A stretch of DNA of 64,000 bases from positions 81,468,001 through 81,532,000 of the forward strand of contig NC_043001.1 of assembly GCF_006345805.1 (NCBI RefSeq). The letters are read 5' to 3'. Positions 25,101-38,476 of this stretch are shown here, in pieces. The DNA is from Octopus sinensis. Lineage: Eukaryota. The notes beneath the pieces were generated by a model. It saw nothing but the letters and a program-made list of their open reading frames with translations, had not been told where the DNA came from and did not search any database. Both the position numbers and the translations under genes were made by a program. Numbering within the stretch: the stretch's first letter is position 1; each line of letters starts with the position of its first letter.

Positions 25101-25764
25101 GGTGACTCAATCCCCACGGGTTTTTTGACTTACTGTGGTAAGTTCTTTAGTGCTGGCCATTAGGTTTGGACTATATATCTCCATGTCCAGCCTTATTACT
25201 TGAAATTATGTGTCACTTTGAAAGTGCTGAAGGTCATTCTGCTTCGATGTCTTCCTTCTCTGCGATGAAGGACATCAGTTTTTTTTGTTTGTATTTCTTA
25301 TTAGTTCAATGTTTGGGGTGGGTGTGTTTTGTTGTTGCTGTCTTCTTCTTCTTCTTCTTCTTCTTCTTCTTCTTCTTCTTCCAATCAGGACTCACGCCAT
25401 TAGCTACAAAGAAACTCTAATTCGAGCCTACTCTAAGCTGCTAAGAATGCGTGTGGCAACTTGAAGATCCACCCACCACACGCGATAGACTGGCGGTTGC
25501 ACGGGCGCGAAAAGCTACGTTGTTATCCTCATTCCGTAAACGGTGGCTTTTAACGCGAGTCCGCTACCCTAACCACTAAACCATTGCACCTCCACTGTTG
25601 TTGCTGTTGTTGTGTGTCTGTTTGCTATCGAGTTGTTTTTGTGGATTTTTCTGTGGCTGTGATTTCGTTAAGGCTGTTGTGGTGTCTTTTTATTGTCCTT
25701 CTTTTTTATTAACTCGGTTTTACTTCCTCGAAAAATATTTCCTCGTTCGAAGGATCTGATGTGG

Positions 25765-25880
25765 GTGGAGGATCATGAAACACTAAAAGGAAAGAGGTGG
25801 TGTTGACATACGCCAGAATAGTTCTCCGAGAATGACAAAATAACTATACTCTGGGATATACCAATCCACACAGACAGTGG
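25765..25880 (+). mobile_element. R4/Dong-like (RLE) LINE fragment
   Basis: ENDKITILWDIPIHTD preceded by a decayed W..H.PE.V motif. Confidence 0.6.
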
Positions 25881-26915
25881 ATATGATTCATCGAGAATTA
25901 TCAAGTGCTGTATTTGCCGGCGTACATGATGCATCCTGATTTCTAAGTATATTTGGTGGAAAAAAGAAATTTACAATGATCATACACTCATTGAAAGATA
26001 TTTGAAAGACAGGATGTGAAAATAGCATTCTGTCCGTGATTTCTGCGTGTAACCACGTTCGGCCACCAGCGGAGTGCGCCATAGCTATGGTTTTGTTGTC
26101 ATCCATTCATTGCAAATAGGTAATAGGGGGATGAAGCTTTAATATTTCTTTCATCGTTCAAGGGGAATTTTTCATTTAGACTAAAGAAGTTCTTAAAGAT
26201 AACAAAACAATATAAGACGCACATCATGTGTGAACTATATATACTGAAATAAGAGATATAATGAGATGATTCCACTTCTCCGCATAAGTTTGCGTTTACA
26301 GACTGAGATGTTTTGGTTTTCAATATTTTATTATTTGTAACAATTATTGTGCCTAGCGAACTTATGCTAACTCGAATCCCAAGCGTACGGCACTCAGTCT
26401 CTCATCTGGAATATGGCTACATCAGACACTGAGTTATTTTTGGATACATTTAAAAATATAAAAAGCGCGTCTTATACGCCGGCAAAAACGGTACCTTTCT
26501 CAACAGACGATAATACTGGATCTCTCAAAGAGAGGTATAAATAATCCAAAGATAACTATTTGAAAATAGAGATAACCAGAATGTGAATAATGAAAACAGA
26601 AATATTTTCTATAATAATAATAAGTGTCTTGGGAATGGTAAAGAAAATAGACAAATGCATATTCTAAACCCCAGGTCTCACAAATATGCACAACTTACAG
26701 AAAATAACTCAGATGTATCACTGCACATACATATTGCCGAAAGTACTGTCAAAGAGAGAGGAAATAAAGAAGTAAAACAAAATAATACTCGTACGCAAGG
26801 TATTTACGTTTTGCGCTAGGTAGTCAAGAGAAAGGGAAAGTCTGCAATACTAATGAAACTACAGAGCAGCAGTAACATTAGTAGTAGTAGTAGTAGCAGC
26901 AGTTTAGGTAACAAT

Positions 26916-27275
26916 AACAAGAGCACTCAGAGAGTGCAAACCTCCACCAACGTCCTGTCAACGATTAGCCAGAGATAATTTTTTAAATGAGAATATCTGA
27001 AATAAACTCGACTGCTCTCACAAACGAGAATACCGAAAATGAACTTGACCACTCTCAAAAATTAAGTAAAAAAAAAAACAGGAAAAATAATCCAGAATCC
27101 TTGTCCGGTACCGGATCGATCCCAAAATTTAATCAGTTCGTGCCAGTCACGAGGCCAAACATCCCTGAAAGTTTCATCCGAATCCATCAAGTGGTTCTTG
27201 AAATATCTTGTTCACGGACAAACAAACAAACACGATTGAAAACAATACCTCCGCCTTTGCTAAGGCGGGGGTAAT
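26916..27275 (+). mobile_element. Helentron-associated non-autonomous element (HINE-like)
   Basis: Start aacaagagcactcagagagtgcaaacctcc; end (aaac)n...acctccgcctttgctaaggcgggggtaat hairpin. Confidence 0.65.
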
Positions 27276-27928
27276 AATAATTGTAGTAGTAATCCTTTCT
27301 ATTATAGGCACAAGGGCTGAAATTTTGGGAGAAGGGGCTAGTCATTTACATCGATCCAAGTGCTCCACTGGTACGTGTTTCATCGACCACGAAATGACAA
27401 AAAGCGAAGTCGACCTCGGAGGAATTTGAACTCACAATGTAAAGACGGACGAAATCCCGCTAAGTATTTTACCCGGCATGCTAACGATTCTGCCAGTGAT
27501 AATAATAGCTTCAAATTTTGGTTCAAGGCCAAATAATAATACTGTATTACATTATCATATCAACCACGCGAACAATCGGTTTCATACAAGGAGTTGAGAT
27601 GGTCCTAGCAATCATTGGGAAAAAGCTGAAAGAAGTATAGTGTGAGTTCTTTGTTACTGGTAGTCTGAAGATTCCACTTTTGGTCAGTAGGTCTTAACAG
27701 ATATTGTAAAAAGAATCGGAACAAAATAGTCCGAGTCAAAGCCGAAGGAGAATTTTTTTTAGTTCACTGGATTTATGCTCTTTGGATTAAGAACAAAAGG
27801 CCGTCACGGTATGGGAAATATTTGCTTGTAAGATATGGGAGAGAGCTGGCTGGGACAGAGATGTGAGGACTGTGCAGAGTGGATGAGGGAAGGGTAATTT
27901 TAAAACCATGTATGGTCGTGTTCATGTA

Positions 27929-28129
27929 CGAGGGGGTGATGAAAAGTTCCTGGCTTTAGGTAAAAGAAAATACATAAGGATCAGTTAATTATGATTTTGT
28001 TACACATATTACCCTCTCAGATTCACACACCTATTGCAGTGGTCCTTCAGTTTTTCTAAAGCCCGTAAAAGAACTTGGAAGATTGGGCTTCCAAGCAGGG
28101 CTTTCGCGATACCCTTAAAGCCAGGAACT
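27929..28129. mobile_element. mariner-derived MITE
   Basis: TA|cgagggggtgatgaaaagttcctggcttt ... aaagccaggaact (right TIR partial). Confidence 0.65.
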
Positions 28130-28526
28130 CCTCCCCACCTCATATATGTGTTTAACTCTCTCCATCTAGGTACCTGTCTAAATTGTAAGAATGACGTTTT
28201 CTGCTCCTGGTCTCATGAACGCAGATTTGTCCTAATATAATAGACGACCATACCATAAACTGAAGTACCCCCTTCGTCCCCTTTTTCTTGTCAAATCTGA
28301 AGAATTAATATAAGACTTGCCATGCTTTTGGATTAACAATGATACCCGTAACTCGAAAGGCATAACTTTGACATAGTGTGTTACACCGGTTCTACCCGAG
28401 AATAAAATTAAAGACGAACAAGAAATACTCACCCACTAACACGTTAATACAGGAGCAAATAATTCAGGTGATTAAACAATTGATTCTTCCCCGTGGAACG
28501 AAAGTGATCCACCACTACCACTATCA

Positions 28527-28755
28527 TATTTCTTTACTACCCACAAGGGGCTAAACACAGAGAGGACAAACAAGGACAGACAAACGGATTAAGTCGATTA
28601 TATCGACCCCAGTGCGTAACTAGTACTTATCTAATCGACCCTGAAAGGATGAAAGGCAAAGTCGACCTCGGCGGAATTTGAACTTAGAACATAGCGGCAG
28701 ACGAAATACCGCCTAGTATTTCGCCTGGGGTGCTAACGTTTCTGCCAGCTCGCCA
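28527..28755 (-). mobile_element. SINE-A monomer
   Basis: Full match. Confidence 0.9.
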
Positions 28756-28775
28756 TCCAAACATATGCATATATG

Positions 28776-29420
28776 TATATGTTGTATGGTCGGGTCGTCG
28801 GTGACTAAACCGGCACTTCCGCAAGGCTTGCCTGGTGAAGAGGGTTGCTAGAAAACCAACAAGACTGTAAACAAGACCTGTTAAAAAGACGGATGTAGGC
28901 TCAACGGCTATCTAGCAACAGAACGGGCCATCAGAAATTCCGGGCTGGTGTCCAGCATGCTGGAAAACCACTGGGAGTGAGGCACGCCTCAACTTTTGTT
29001 ACAGCATGTCTTTAGGAGAAGGTCATTCCGATAAAAAGAAAAAAAATAACAAATATGCAGGGAATGGCATTAAACATTTCGGATACCTTTTACTTGCACT
29101 TGAGATCACGGTGCTCCTACGTCCCTGAGCCTACGACCTATATTGGTACAGGATATCTTGTCCTGGCTTGTTTTTGGATCATGTTAGTAGGGAGGAGAGG
29201 GCATGTGAGGAATTGTGCAAGCTTTATTGGACCTAAAGTTTTACACTGTACAATCACCGGTTGAGCCAGAGGGCACCGCGGTGAGTATGTAAGCCGCGGG
29301 TGCGAACCCGAGTGAAGTCAACCGCAGGTGCAATAACCCCAGACACAGGCATTGCTGGCATTTTGCACGAGTAATGGTCAGCGATGTTCTTCCTCGGTTA
29401 CGAGTGGACAGCCTTCATCA
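28776..29420 (+). mobile_element. RTE-like 5'-UTR fragment (homologous to 58975-59475 on the minus strand)
   Basis: Shared gttgYatggtcgggtcgtcggYgactaaaYcggca and aaaccaYtgggagtg...taggagaagg motifs. Confidence 0.5.
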
Positions 29421-29450
29421 TCATCATCATATTTGCGCAAGCGTGTGTGA

Positions 29451-29792
29451 TGGCGCACGCCTCAGTGGTTAGAGCGTCAGGCTAACAATCATAAAGAAAT
29501 GAGTCCGATTCCCGGACCGGGCTATGTGTAGTGTTCTTGAGTAAGACACCTTATTTCACGTTGCTCCAGTTCACTGATATGTAGAAATGAGTTGCGACGT
29601 CACTGGTGCCAAACTGTATTGGGGTTTGCCTTTCCCTTGGATCACATTGGCAACGTGGAGAGGGAAGGCTGGTATTCAAGGTTGTTTATGGTCTACCATA
29701 AACAAGCTTGAATGGACTTGTGGCTCGGAGGGTAAATTTCTAGGTCCAATCTCATGGTCATTCATGACCGAAGAGGGTCTTTACCCTACCCA
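29451..29792 (+). mobile_element. tRNA-derived SINE, fourth family; partial copies at about 15990-16080(-), 20190-20260(+), 31330-31600(-)
   Basis: tggcgcacgcctcagtggttagagcgtc head; gtgttcttgagtaagacaccttatttcacgttgctccag core. Confidence 0.75.
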
Positions 29793-29816
29793 TTATATAT
29801 ATATATATATATTCAA

Positions 29817-30001
29817 AATGTGACCGCATGTGTACCGTTGGCGATTTTTTTCCCTCCGTCTTCCCTTCTTCGGATCTTTCCTTTTTCTATGTTTCTGACG
29901 AAGAGCCCCGCTCGAAACGTTAAACCCTCCTTCTTTCTTGAGCGTCCAATAACACTATACTTGTTCCACGTCCTCGCGTTGTTGTGTTTTCATGTTTGGA
30001 T

Positions 30002-30005
<4 letters not shown>
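29817..30005 (+). mobile_element. 189-bp hammerhead-bearing mini-element flanked by (TA)n
   Basis: gttt-CTGACGA-a-gagccccgctc-GAAACGTT-aaac at 29891-29925; homologous end to end with the 16781-16991 copy. Confidence 0.8.
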
Positions 30006-30097
<92 letters not shown>

Positions 30098-30681
30098 GAC
30101 GCCATTAGAATCTCTGAACTTTAAGAGAACGTAGAATAATTCGTTTTTGGAACGGTGGATTACAATGCCCATAAAGCTATAAATAATAGCGTGTAACTAT
30201 TGGGTTAAAAACCCCTTCATGTAGAAAAAATAAAAACCTATGTTTACAGGAGATATGGGTCGCGTCCTACGAGGATCCTTCGACTTTATCATATACATAT
30301 TTGAGTTTGCGCACTGAGTACGAACTGACGAATTCTTCTCAAGCAACTAGAACATTAAAAAAGGTAATTTTTAGCCTCTTCTACGAATTTGTCGGTTAGT
30401 AGTTGGCAACACGGTTTTTTGTTTTATTTTATTCCGTTTTATTCTTTCCTCGCATAGCCATATGGTTTAACCAGAAACCCACCATTTTGCTCATATATAT
30501 ATATATATATATATATATGCCTGAGTATATATGCCTATATATTTTTGTGTATATACACATACAATACGGATTAACGCCAGCTTCCCTTTCTACTGAGAAC
30601 AAACAAAACATAATACATAAATACTTGTTTCTAACCACATTCGTTCAATTTCCCCTTACCGTTTGTCTGTGTGTGTGTGTG

Positions 30682-30717
<36 letters not shown>

Positions 30718-32029
30718 CATACCTGCGTGCGCAAGTATAAATCTACTCTTCGGGGATATTGCTTGCAGAAAACGGACATTAAAAATAGCTTTTAATTTGT
30801 TGAAATCATTAGTAGTTTCTCTATTTAAGTTGTTTTGATTGGCGACATTAGTAAACATTATCAAGAACGTCCCAGTGTACCTGCTGTTGGCAGTTCTCCA
30901 GTTTCTAGTGTGGTACTAACACATGTTTCAACTCAACTGATTCGGTTATTAATTATTTTCTCATGCACGGACTCACACCGTCGAGTAGGCGATAAATCCC
31001 GGAGATCATAGTCGGCGATCCGGTTTCAATTCTCACTTGGAAGTCTTTTTTAACTTCACACAAGCAACAAACTGAGAAAGGAAATCGATATTCTATCTTC
31101 TTTCTTTTTCTTCTTTCAATCATAGTAACAACTAAATTATTTAATTTACTGTTGTTGCTGTTTAAATACATAATATACATTAAGTGAAGCTAAGATACAA
31201 TAATTTAATCTATATACATTAAGTTATTTATCTATTTATTTAATAAACATTTAAGATAAATCTTATTCTAATTAAGTAATATATACTAAAACCTTCATCA
31301 AATCACTTTTCGCTACAACCATTATATATATATATAATGGACTCTCCTGTCGAAGACGACGTATGAACTTTTGTCGAACGACCTGCACAAATGATTTGTT
31401 TATAGTGATCGAACGTTCGTTCCGCGCATTAGCTCACTCCCTCCATCAAATCGACGTTGTTTGAACAAGTGCACAGTGATCGCAGAATAACGTGAAATGA
31501 AGTGTTTTTCTCAAGAATACAACGCACCACCCGATCTAGGAATTGAAATCACGATCGCTTGATTGTGTGTGCAACACCTTAACCACTAAGCTATGTGCCA
31601 TCCCCCACCCACATATATTTGTACGGGTTCAAATCTGGGTATTCTCATCATTCGGACTTGACCTTGAAAATTTGCAAGTACTGACTTCGATACAATGCAC
31701 AAATGTCCCTAAATATTATAGTAAATAGAACTGGACGTTGCGGCATTTATGATGTCCCCAATTACAAGAAACACATTAAGGAATGAAACAATTGAGGCTA
31801 GACGATAACCCTTGATTCATTTAGATATCGCATCCAGTTTTAGGTCAACCACGGCAGACATTTTATAAACCTCAATACCAGATTCTTTAAAACCCAGACA
31901 ACATCTCTGTTAGACAGGACAGATTAACTCACAGTAAGACGCCTTATAAGCATGCATAATCCTTTTGATAGTAAACTGCTTGTGAACGCCCCTGGTTCAA
32001 TGATATAAATTTTCTGTAAAGTTATTTAA

Positions 32030-32575
32030 AACCCTTTGATCATATTGCTTTATGACCCAAATACCAGCTTAATAATGACAGAGTAATTTTATTAAATTTT
32101 TCATTATTTTCAAAATTAATTGTTAATCAACAGAAATATAGTTACAAAAGAGTTAAAGTGATCCGAAATCCTTCCATCAAGTTTTCATGTTAATTTTTGT
32201 TCCAAACTCAAGCTTGATAACGGCAAAAGTTGTTTTACTACATTCTTCATTATTTTGTTAATGTGATTTAAATTAAAACCTTCCATCAAATTTTCATCTT
32301 ATGTTCCAAACAACCAGCTTAATAATGATAAAGTTATTGTACTAAATTCTTTATTATCTTCAAAATTAATTGAAAGAACGGCAGCGTATTTCAATAGGAA
32401 TTTGGTAACAAAAAGGGATAAAGGAATCTAAATTTAGTCTTTCCATCAAAATTTCATCTCCTGTTTCGAATACCACCATAATGAAGATAAAGTTATATTC
32501 CTAAATTCTCCCTTATTTCAAAATTAATTAAAATAAAGCAGAGTAGAAATATGGTAACTAAAAGGTTGATTCCTT
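32030..32575. repeat. About 4 diverged ~130-bp units of an AT-rich repeat with piggyBac-like ends (related piece at 33250-33385)
   Basis: Recurring ttccatcaa(a/g)ttttcat...ccagcttaataat...caaaattaatt; ttaaccc-like termini. Confidence 0.55.
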
Positions 32576-32629
32576 TATTATATATCCAGCCAGTCAATCA
32601 TCTTCTCCGCCTACAATTTTTAAGAAAAT

Positions 32630-33010
32630 CATAAGGGGTGAGTCTTTAGGTGCCTCCTCCATAGGGTCCTGTCAGAAGCAATCGCCATTAGACTTTCTGC
32701 TGGTTTCTCGAGTGTGACTGAGGTTATGATTATTATCCAACCATTTCGTTCTCGGTCTACTCTTAGGTCTTCTGCCTCTTGGCTCGGACTGAAGAATCCC
32801 TCTTGCAATTCTTTCCTGAGTCATTCTAATCCCATGCTCGTAGTGCCGGAGCTGTCAATGCGTAGAAGCACTCGACTTGGAGAAATGCCCTGATCTCCGA
32901 GCAGCGCACCCTGTTGAAGAGTGTTATTCCAGAGATCCTTCAGTGGAACCCCATTTTGTCCGCTTGCTATTGGAGCCGTATTCTTTTGGACATTACCCAA
33001 CATTTATGAC
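32630..33010 (-). mobile_element. RTE-clade LINE 3' fragment
   Basis: LRHYEHGIRMTQERIARGILQSEPRGRRPKSRPRTKWLD on the minus strand. Confidence 0.8.
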
Positions 33011-34011
33011 CATAGGTTGATATGTCACGGAAACTGAGTTAAAGATTTCATAAACCATGGCTTCATATTTTGATACAAGGTCAACGATTCCAGTTCTGCC
33101 AGCTCACCGCTTTTATTTCTTATATAATAAAACTTCTTTTAAAAAGCTAGTAGTTTACTGTAATACTCTTAGTGCTGTATTCATGAAAACAAGCTGAAAA
33201 TCACTGCTGCGTAGAGTCGGTAGCTGATCAGAAATGAAATGTTTATTGATTTCAACCCTTTCGCTATCAACTCACTGGAGACCAGCCTAGTTTTGTGATA
33301 CAAACTTGCTGTATTAAAGAGATTTAAATTATAAAGCTTTCATTAAAATTTCGTTAATTTATGTTCCATATACCAGTTTAATAATCTTTTCCCAGCCCAT
33401 TACTTGTTCAAGTCACTGGACTGCGGCCTTGCTGGGGCTCCACCTCGAAGGATTTTAGCCGAACAAATCGACCCCAGGACTTATTTCAAGTCTGGTATTT
33501 ATTCTAATGGACTCTTTTACAGAAGCACTACTTACGCACACAATCACGCACACTTACACACCTCCAATAATATGTATGTACACGATGAGCTTCCACACAG
33601 TTTCCGTCTATCAAATTCACTCTCAAGGCATTAGTCGTACCGGGGCTATAGTAGAAAACATGTGCCAAAGGTGCCGCGCAATGGGAGCGAACTCGAAATC
33701 ACGAGGCTGTAAAGTCAAGACTATTGAAAAGATTGCAAGACGCAACGAAAATTTTAAGAAAATAAAAATAAGAAATAAGTGGTAATTTTACCGGTGAGTG
33801 TGCTAAATTATACGGCACAAAAAGGAAATGACTCTTCCCAGACACAACAGAATATACTTCAACACTCGAACTCACATAAAGAATCTTGTAAACCAAATCC
33901 AAAACGAAATATTAGCTAGTATGATATAAGAGAAATAAAAACTATATAATTATATATTAATTGCATGAGGAAAGAAGTTTATTATTTCATAAGTATTATT
34001 TGGAAGGGGTC

Positions 34012-34066
<55 letters not shown>

Positions 34067-34075
34067 TATATATAT

Positions 34076-36226
34076 TAGGAAGGACCTTATAGCTTTCTTT
34101 CAAAGGATGGGCTTACGGATTACGATAGATGCTAACCTGAATAGTGTAGATTTTTTAGACGTAAATTTTAATGTAAGATCGGTTAGATTTAAACCTTTCC
34201 GTAAGCCCAATGAAAAGCTATCGTATATTAGCAAAGATTCGAACCATCCACCAGTTATCCTTAGCAACTTAGTCAGCAATGTAGGTAGAATAATATCTTC
34301 AATTTCTTCGGACGAGGCAGCATTCCATAATGCTGCACCTTATTACGATAGCGCATTAAAGAATAGTGGATTCTCGGAGAAGATCCAGTTCAACCAGCTT
34401 AATGCTAATAATAATGCTGCACGAAGAACTAGGACCAGGAAGTTTTGTGGTTCAACCCGGCTTTCAATTGGCCGTAAAGACTAATATAGGTAAGGAATTT
34501 TTGAGATTAGTCTCTAAGCATTTTAAGCAGGGTCATACATTCTACAGAATATTTAATAGAAGAACCCTGAAGGTTAGCTATTCTTGTTGCAGAAATTTCG
34601 CCTCTTACATTAGCCAACATAATAGGAAGCTAATTGAGATTAGACATGGTGCCGATCCCATTAAGAAATGTAATTTCAAAAACGAAAGCTCCTGTCCGTT
34701 AGAAGGGAAATGTCTAGTGAAAGGAGTAGTTTATAGAGCCAAGGTGCAAGTGGAAGGCTCATCGGGATACAAGACATACACAGGGGCTTCAGAAAATTCA
34801 TTTAAAACAGATTTTATTCTCATAAAAATTCTTTTAAATACCCAGAGAATAGGAAGAACCAGCCTAGCAAAATATGTCTGGGAACTAAAAGAAAAGGAAG
34901 CCCCACCTTTCAACGTGACATGGAGCATTCTGGACAGGGCGGCACCATACAGGCATGTAGCTTACAAATATAATTTCAAGTGCAGACTTTGCCTATTAGA
35001 AAAAATGCACATCTTATTCAAAGACAATAATTCTTTGAATCAAAGAAGTGAGTTAATGAACTTATGTAGGCACGCGGCTAAATTAAAATGTCGAATATAA
35101 ATATACCATATGGATAGAGTATATATTTGTATTTTTGATTTTTGATTTTGATTTTGACTCTTGAGCGCTAAGACGGATTTTGATTCTGTTTCCAAGCTAC
35201 GCGGATATTAATCCGTATAGCAAAGTCTTATGTTTCTACATATATATTAGGAAAAACCTACAAACTTTGTTTTCATGTTATTGTATTGCATAGGATTACC
35301 TTGATTATTTATATTACCTTGATTATTTATAAATGACCCAAAATAGGATGCTATATTTTATTTTATATGTCTTTCGTATATATTTTTATTAATGCACCCA
35401 TTTTTTAAAAGCAATGTTTTTTTTAAAAAAAGCAATGTTGTCAAAATTAGAATGTTTATATAAGTATGTGTATAGCAAAGCATATGTATTTGTAAGCATG
35501 CGTATCTGTGTATGTGTAAGTGAAAGTATGCTTGTGCTTAAGCACACATATACACGACGGTATGTATATGTATCCATTCAAACTTGTGTATGTATACTGG
35601 TCTCTATAGATGCCAATAACATCGTTACAAGTTTTTTCCCCACCCCTCCTTCGTTCCTTTTTCTCTCTTTCCCTTTCTTCGTTCCCCCTCCTTGCTCAGT
35701 ATATGAGAATTGCTACATAGATGAATTTTAGCTTGCGTGCGAGACGGTTTGCGTGAATATATGTACACATGCTTTTATGTGTATATTTAGATTCATATTC
35801 ATACGTCTGTATATGTATGTATGGCGTTTACGCGCATCCTTTTGTGTATGTTGATATATATATGTAGATTTTAATATAAATATGTATTGCAGTATTTATA
35901 ACAGGTTTAATTTCTATGCATTAATTTGCACTGTCTTCATTAACGGCAATAGGTTTTTCCTCGGTTTTTTCCTCGGATTTTATAATTTTTATAAGTTTTT
36001 TTATACATATATACATATATTTTTGACCTTTTTGTTTATCGCTCGAAGATTGACCGTTTTTTCTAAAGGGCCAATCAAACAAGTCCATTTCTTTTAAAGG
36101 TGTAGCGTTTGTAAGAGTATAGATTGAATTAAATATAAGTTCCATTCTAGCAAAAACTGTCTGATGAACGGCAACGAGAAACTCAGAGTAACAGATTTTG
36201 TTGAATTTTCTGCTGCTTAAAATAAA

Positions 36227-36227
<1 letters not shown>
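34076..36227 (+). mobile_element. 5'-truncated Penelope-like element (Neptune-type): RT thumb, Cys linker, GIY-YIG endonuclease, 3' region with hammerhead; inserted in (TA)n
   Basis: ORFs 34107-34484 and 34366-35100: VDFLDV, SNHPP, WFNP..VKTNIGKEFL, SYSC, CPLEGKCLVKGVVYRA...YTGASENSFK, LAKYVWELK, CRLCLLEK, LNQRSEL. There are 1-nt frameshifts near 34445, 34810 and 34860. (TA)n lies on both sides. Confidence 0.9.
36151..36200 (+). ncRNA. Type I hammerhead ribozyme at the 3' end of the Neptune element
   Basis: Helix I caaaaactgt/acagattttg (9/10 pairs), core CTGATGA, short stem II with GCAA loop, GAAA, stem III ACTC-A-GAGT, GTA cleavage triplet (cut after 36190). Confidence 0.75.
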
Positions 36228-36291
<64 letters not shown>

Positions 36292-38190
36292 ATATATATT
36301 TTTATAAGTGTTATTCGAAAAAAAATAATTGAAATTTATAATAAATATTATATGAGAAAACAATTATAACTTCATTTTGCATTTGAAAAAAACTGACAAG
36401 ATTTATTTAATTTTTATTTCCGTAATTTTCCGAGCTTGCTCAACGTGCATGTGAAATACTCTTGGGATAGGATAGTCCCAAGTATTTGTTCATTAGAATA
36501 CTATTGGGACATTTTTGTCCCATGTTCAAAAATCATATGTAGCAATAAAAAAAGTTTAGGTTTTAATTATGGTAGATATAATGAAAGTCTAAAGAAGCGG
36601 AAAATGTGAAAAAATAAAATAAAAATTGATTGTGCAAAAGTCGGAGCAAAAGGGTTAAATGTCACAAATGATCTTCGAACATAAAGAAGACACGTTAACA
36701 CTTTAGAAATATAAACATTTGCGATAAAAGAATTAAAAAAAAAAGCAACTCGAAGGATTTTAACATAATAAAACGTAAAAGTACACCTACCACACTGGCT
36801 GTTACGTTCGCTAAGCTATGCACCATGAACATCAATAAAGTCTATAATGTTGTAGCTGAAGGATATTTTTATGTGAATAACAGGACCATGTACAAAATAA
36901 ATGGAACAATGTGAAGAGACAAGACAATGTCACAGCTAAAACATACGTTATGTCAGAAAACAGCTCTCCCGAAATTACTTTATCAAACCAACTACAATGA
37001 CTTCTTTCCATATTTCACTTCCTATTCAAAACACCAAGCATCCGCTGCCACCACCACCCGTGTGTCCCGCGACCTGCTAGAGATAGCAGTCGAATTTGTC
37101 ATTAATCATATTCTCTAGTTTTACTTGTACCAGTCATTGGACTTCGGCCATGCTGGGGCACCACATTGGAAAGTTTTTGTCGAACAAATTAATCCCAGTA
37201 CTTACGTTATTTTAAAAATATGGCACTAATCCTGTTGGCGTCATTTTGCCAAATTGCTAAGATACTAGGACATAAATAAACTAACACCGGTTGTCAAATG
37301 GGAAAGATAATTGTGATAAACATTGAAGCAAAGGTACACCACACACATGTATATATACGACTGGCCATCAAATTCATTCATAAATCACGGGTTAGCCTGG
37401 AGCTATAGTAGAAAACACTTGTACAGTGGGATTGAACCCGAAACTAAGCGGTTGTAAAGCGGGGTTCTTAACTACACAGCCATGCCAGTGCCTGTTCTAC
37501 AATGCGTCCAGTTTCTCTACAAGAGGGAGACTGGACGCATTGGATATTGTAGTCTTACATACACCAATGTCAGGAAAAAAAATGAAATATTTGATCAAAG
37601 GTCCGTTCGATTAAGTTAGGGTCAACTGTGGCTAAATAATAACAACAACAAGCACGGTTGTATGCTAAGAAGCTAGCTTCCCAACCACACGGTGTCGGGT
37701 TCAGTCCCACTATGTGGCACCTTGGGAAAATGTTTTTTACCCTAGCGATAGGCAGACCAAAATCTTGTGAGTGGATTTAGTACATGGAAACTGAAAGAAG
37801 CCCGTCATACACACACACACACACAATTATATAGGCGTGGCTGCGTGGCAAGAAGCTTGTTTCCCAATAACATGGTTCTAGGTTCAGTCCCACTGCGTAG
37901 CACTTTGGGCAAGTGTCTTCCACTGTAACTCGGGGATGACCAAAGCCTTGTGAATGGATTTGGTTAACGGAAACTGAAAGAAGCCCGTATATATGTGTGT
38001 GTGTGCGTGCGTGTGCGTTTGCCTCACCACCGCTTGACAACTGGCGTTTGTTTATGTCCCAGTAACATAGCGGTTCGGCAATAGAAAAAACAACTACTTC
38101 AGTTGATTCGTTCGACTAAAAATTCTTCAAGTCAGTGCCTCAGCATGGCCGCAGTCTAATGATTGAAAGAAGTAAAAAGTAAAAGAAAAG

Positions 38191-38247
<57 letters not shown>

Positions 38248-38249
<2 letters not shown>

Positions 38250-38452
38250 TAAGGCAGTGAGCTGGCAGAAACGTTAGCACGCCGGGCAAAATGCTTAGCA
38301 GTATTTCGTTTGCCGTTACGTTCTGAGTTCAAATTCCGCCGAGGTCGACTTTGCCTTACATCCTTCGGGGTCGATTAAATAAGTACCAGTTACGTACTGG
38401 GTTCGATGTAATCGACTTAATCCATTTGTCTGTCCTGTTTGTCCTCTCTGTG
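38248..38452 (+). mobile_element. SINE-A monomer
   Basis: Head and core match. Confidence 0.85.
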
Positions 38453-38476
38453 TATATATATATATATATCACCGTG

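Noticed and set aside
29451-29520. tRNA gene candidates (also 49406-49480 and SINE-A/B heads)
   Set aside because: No complete cloverleaf or acceptor stem; each continues into SINE body.
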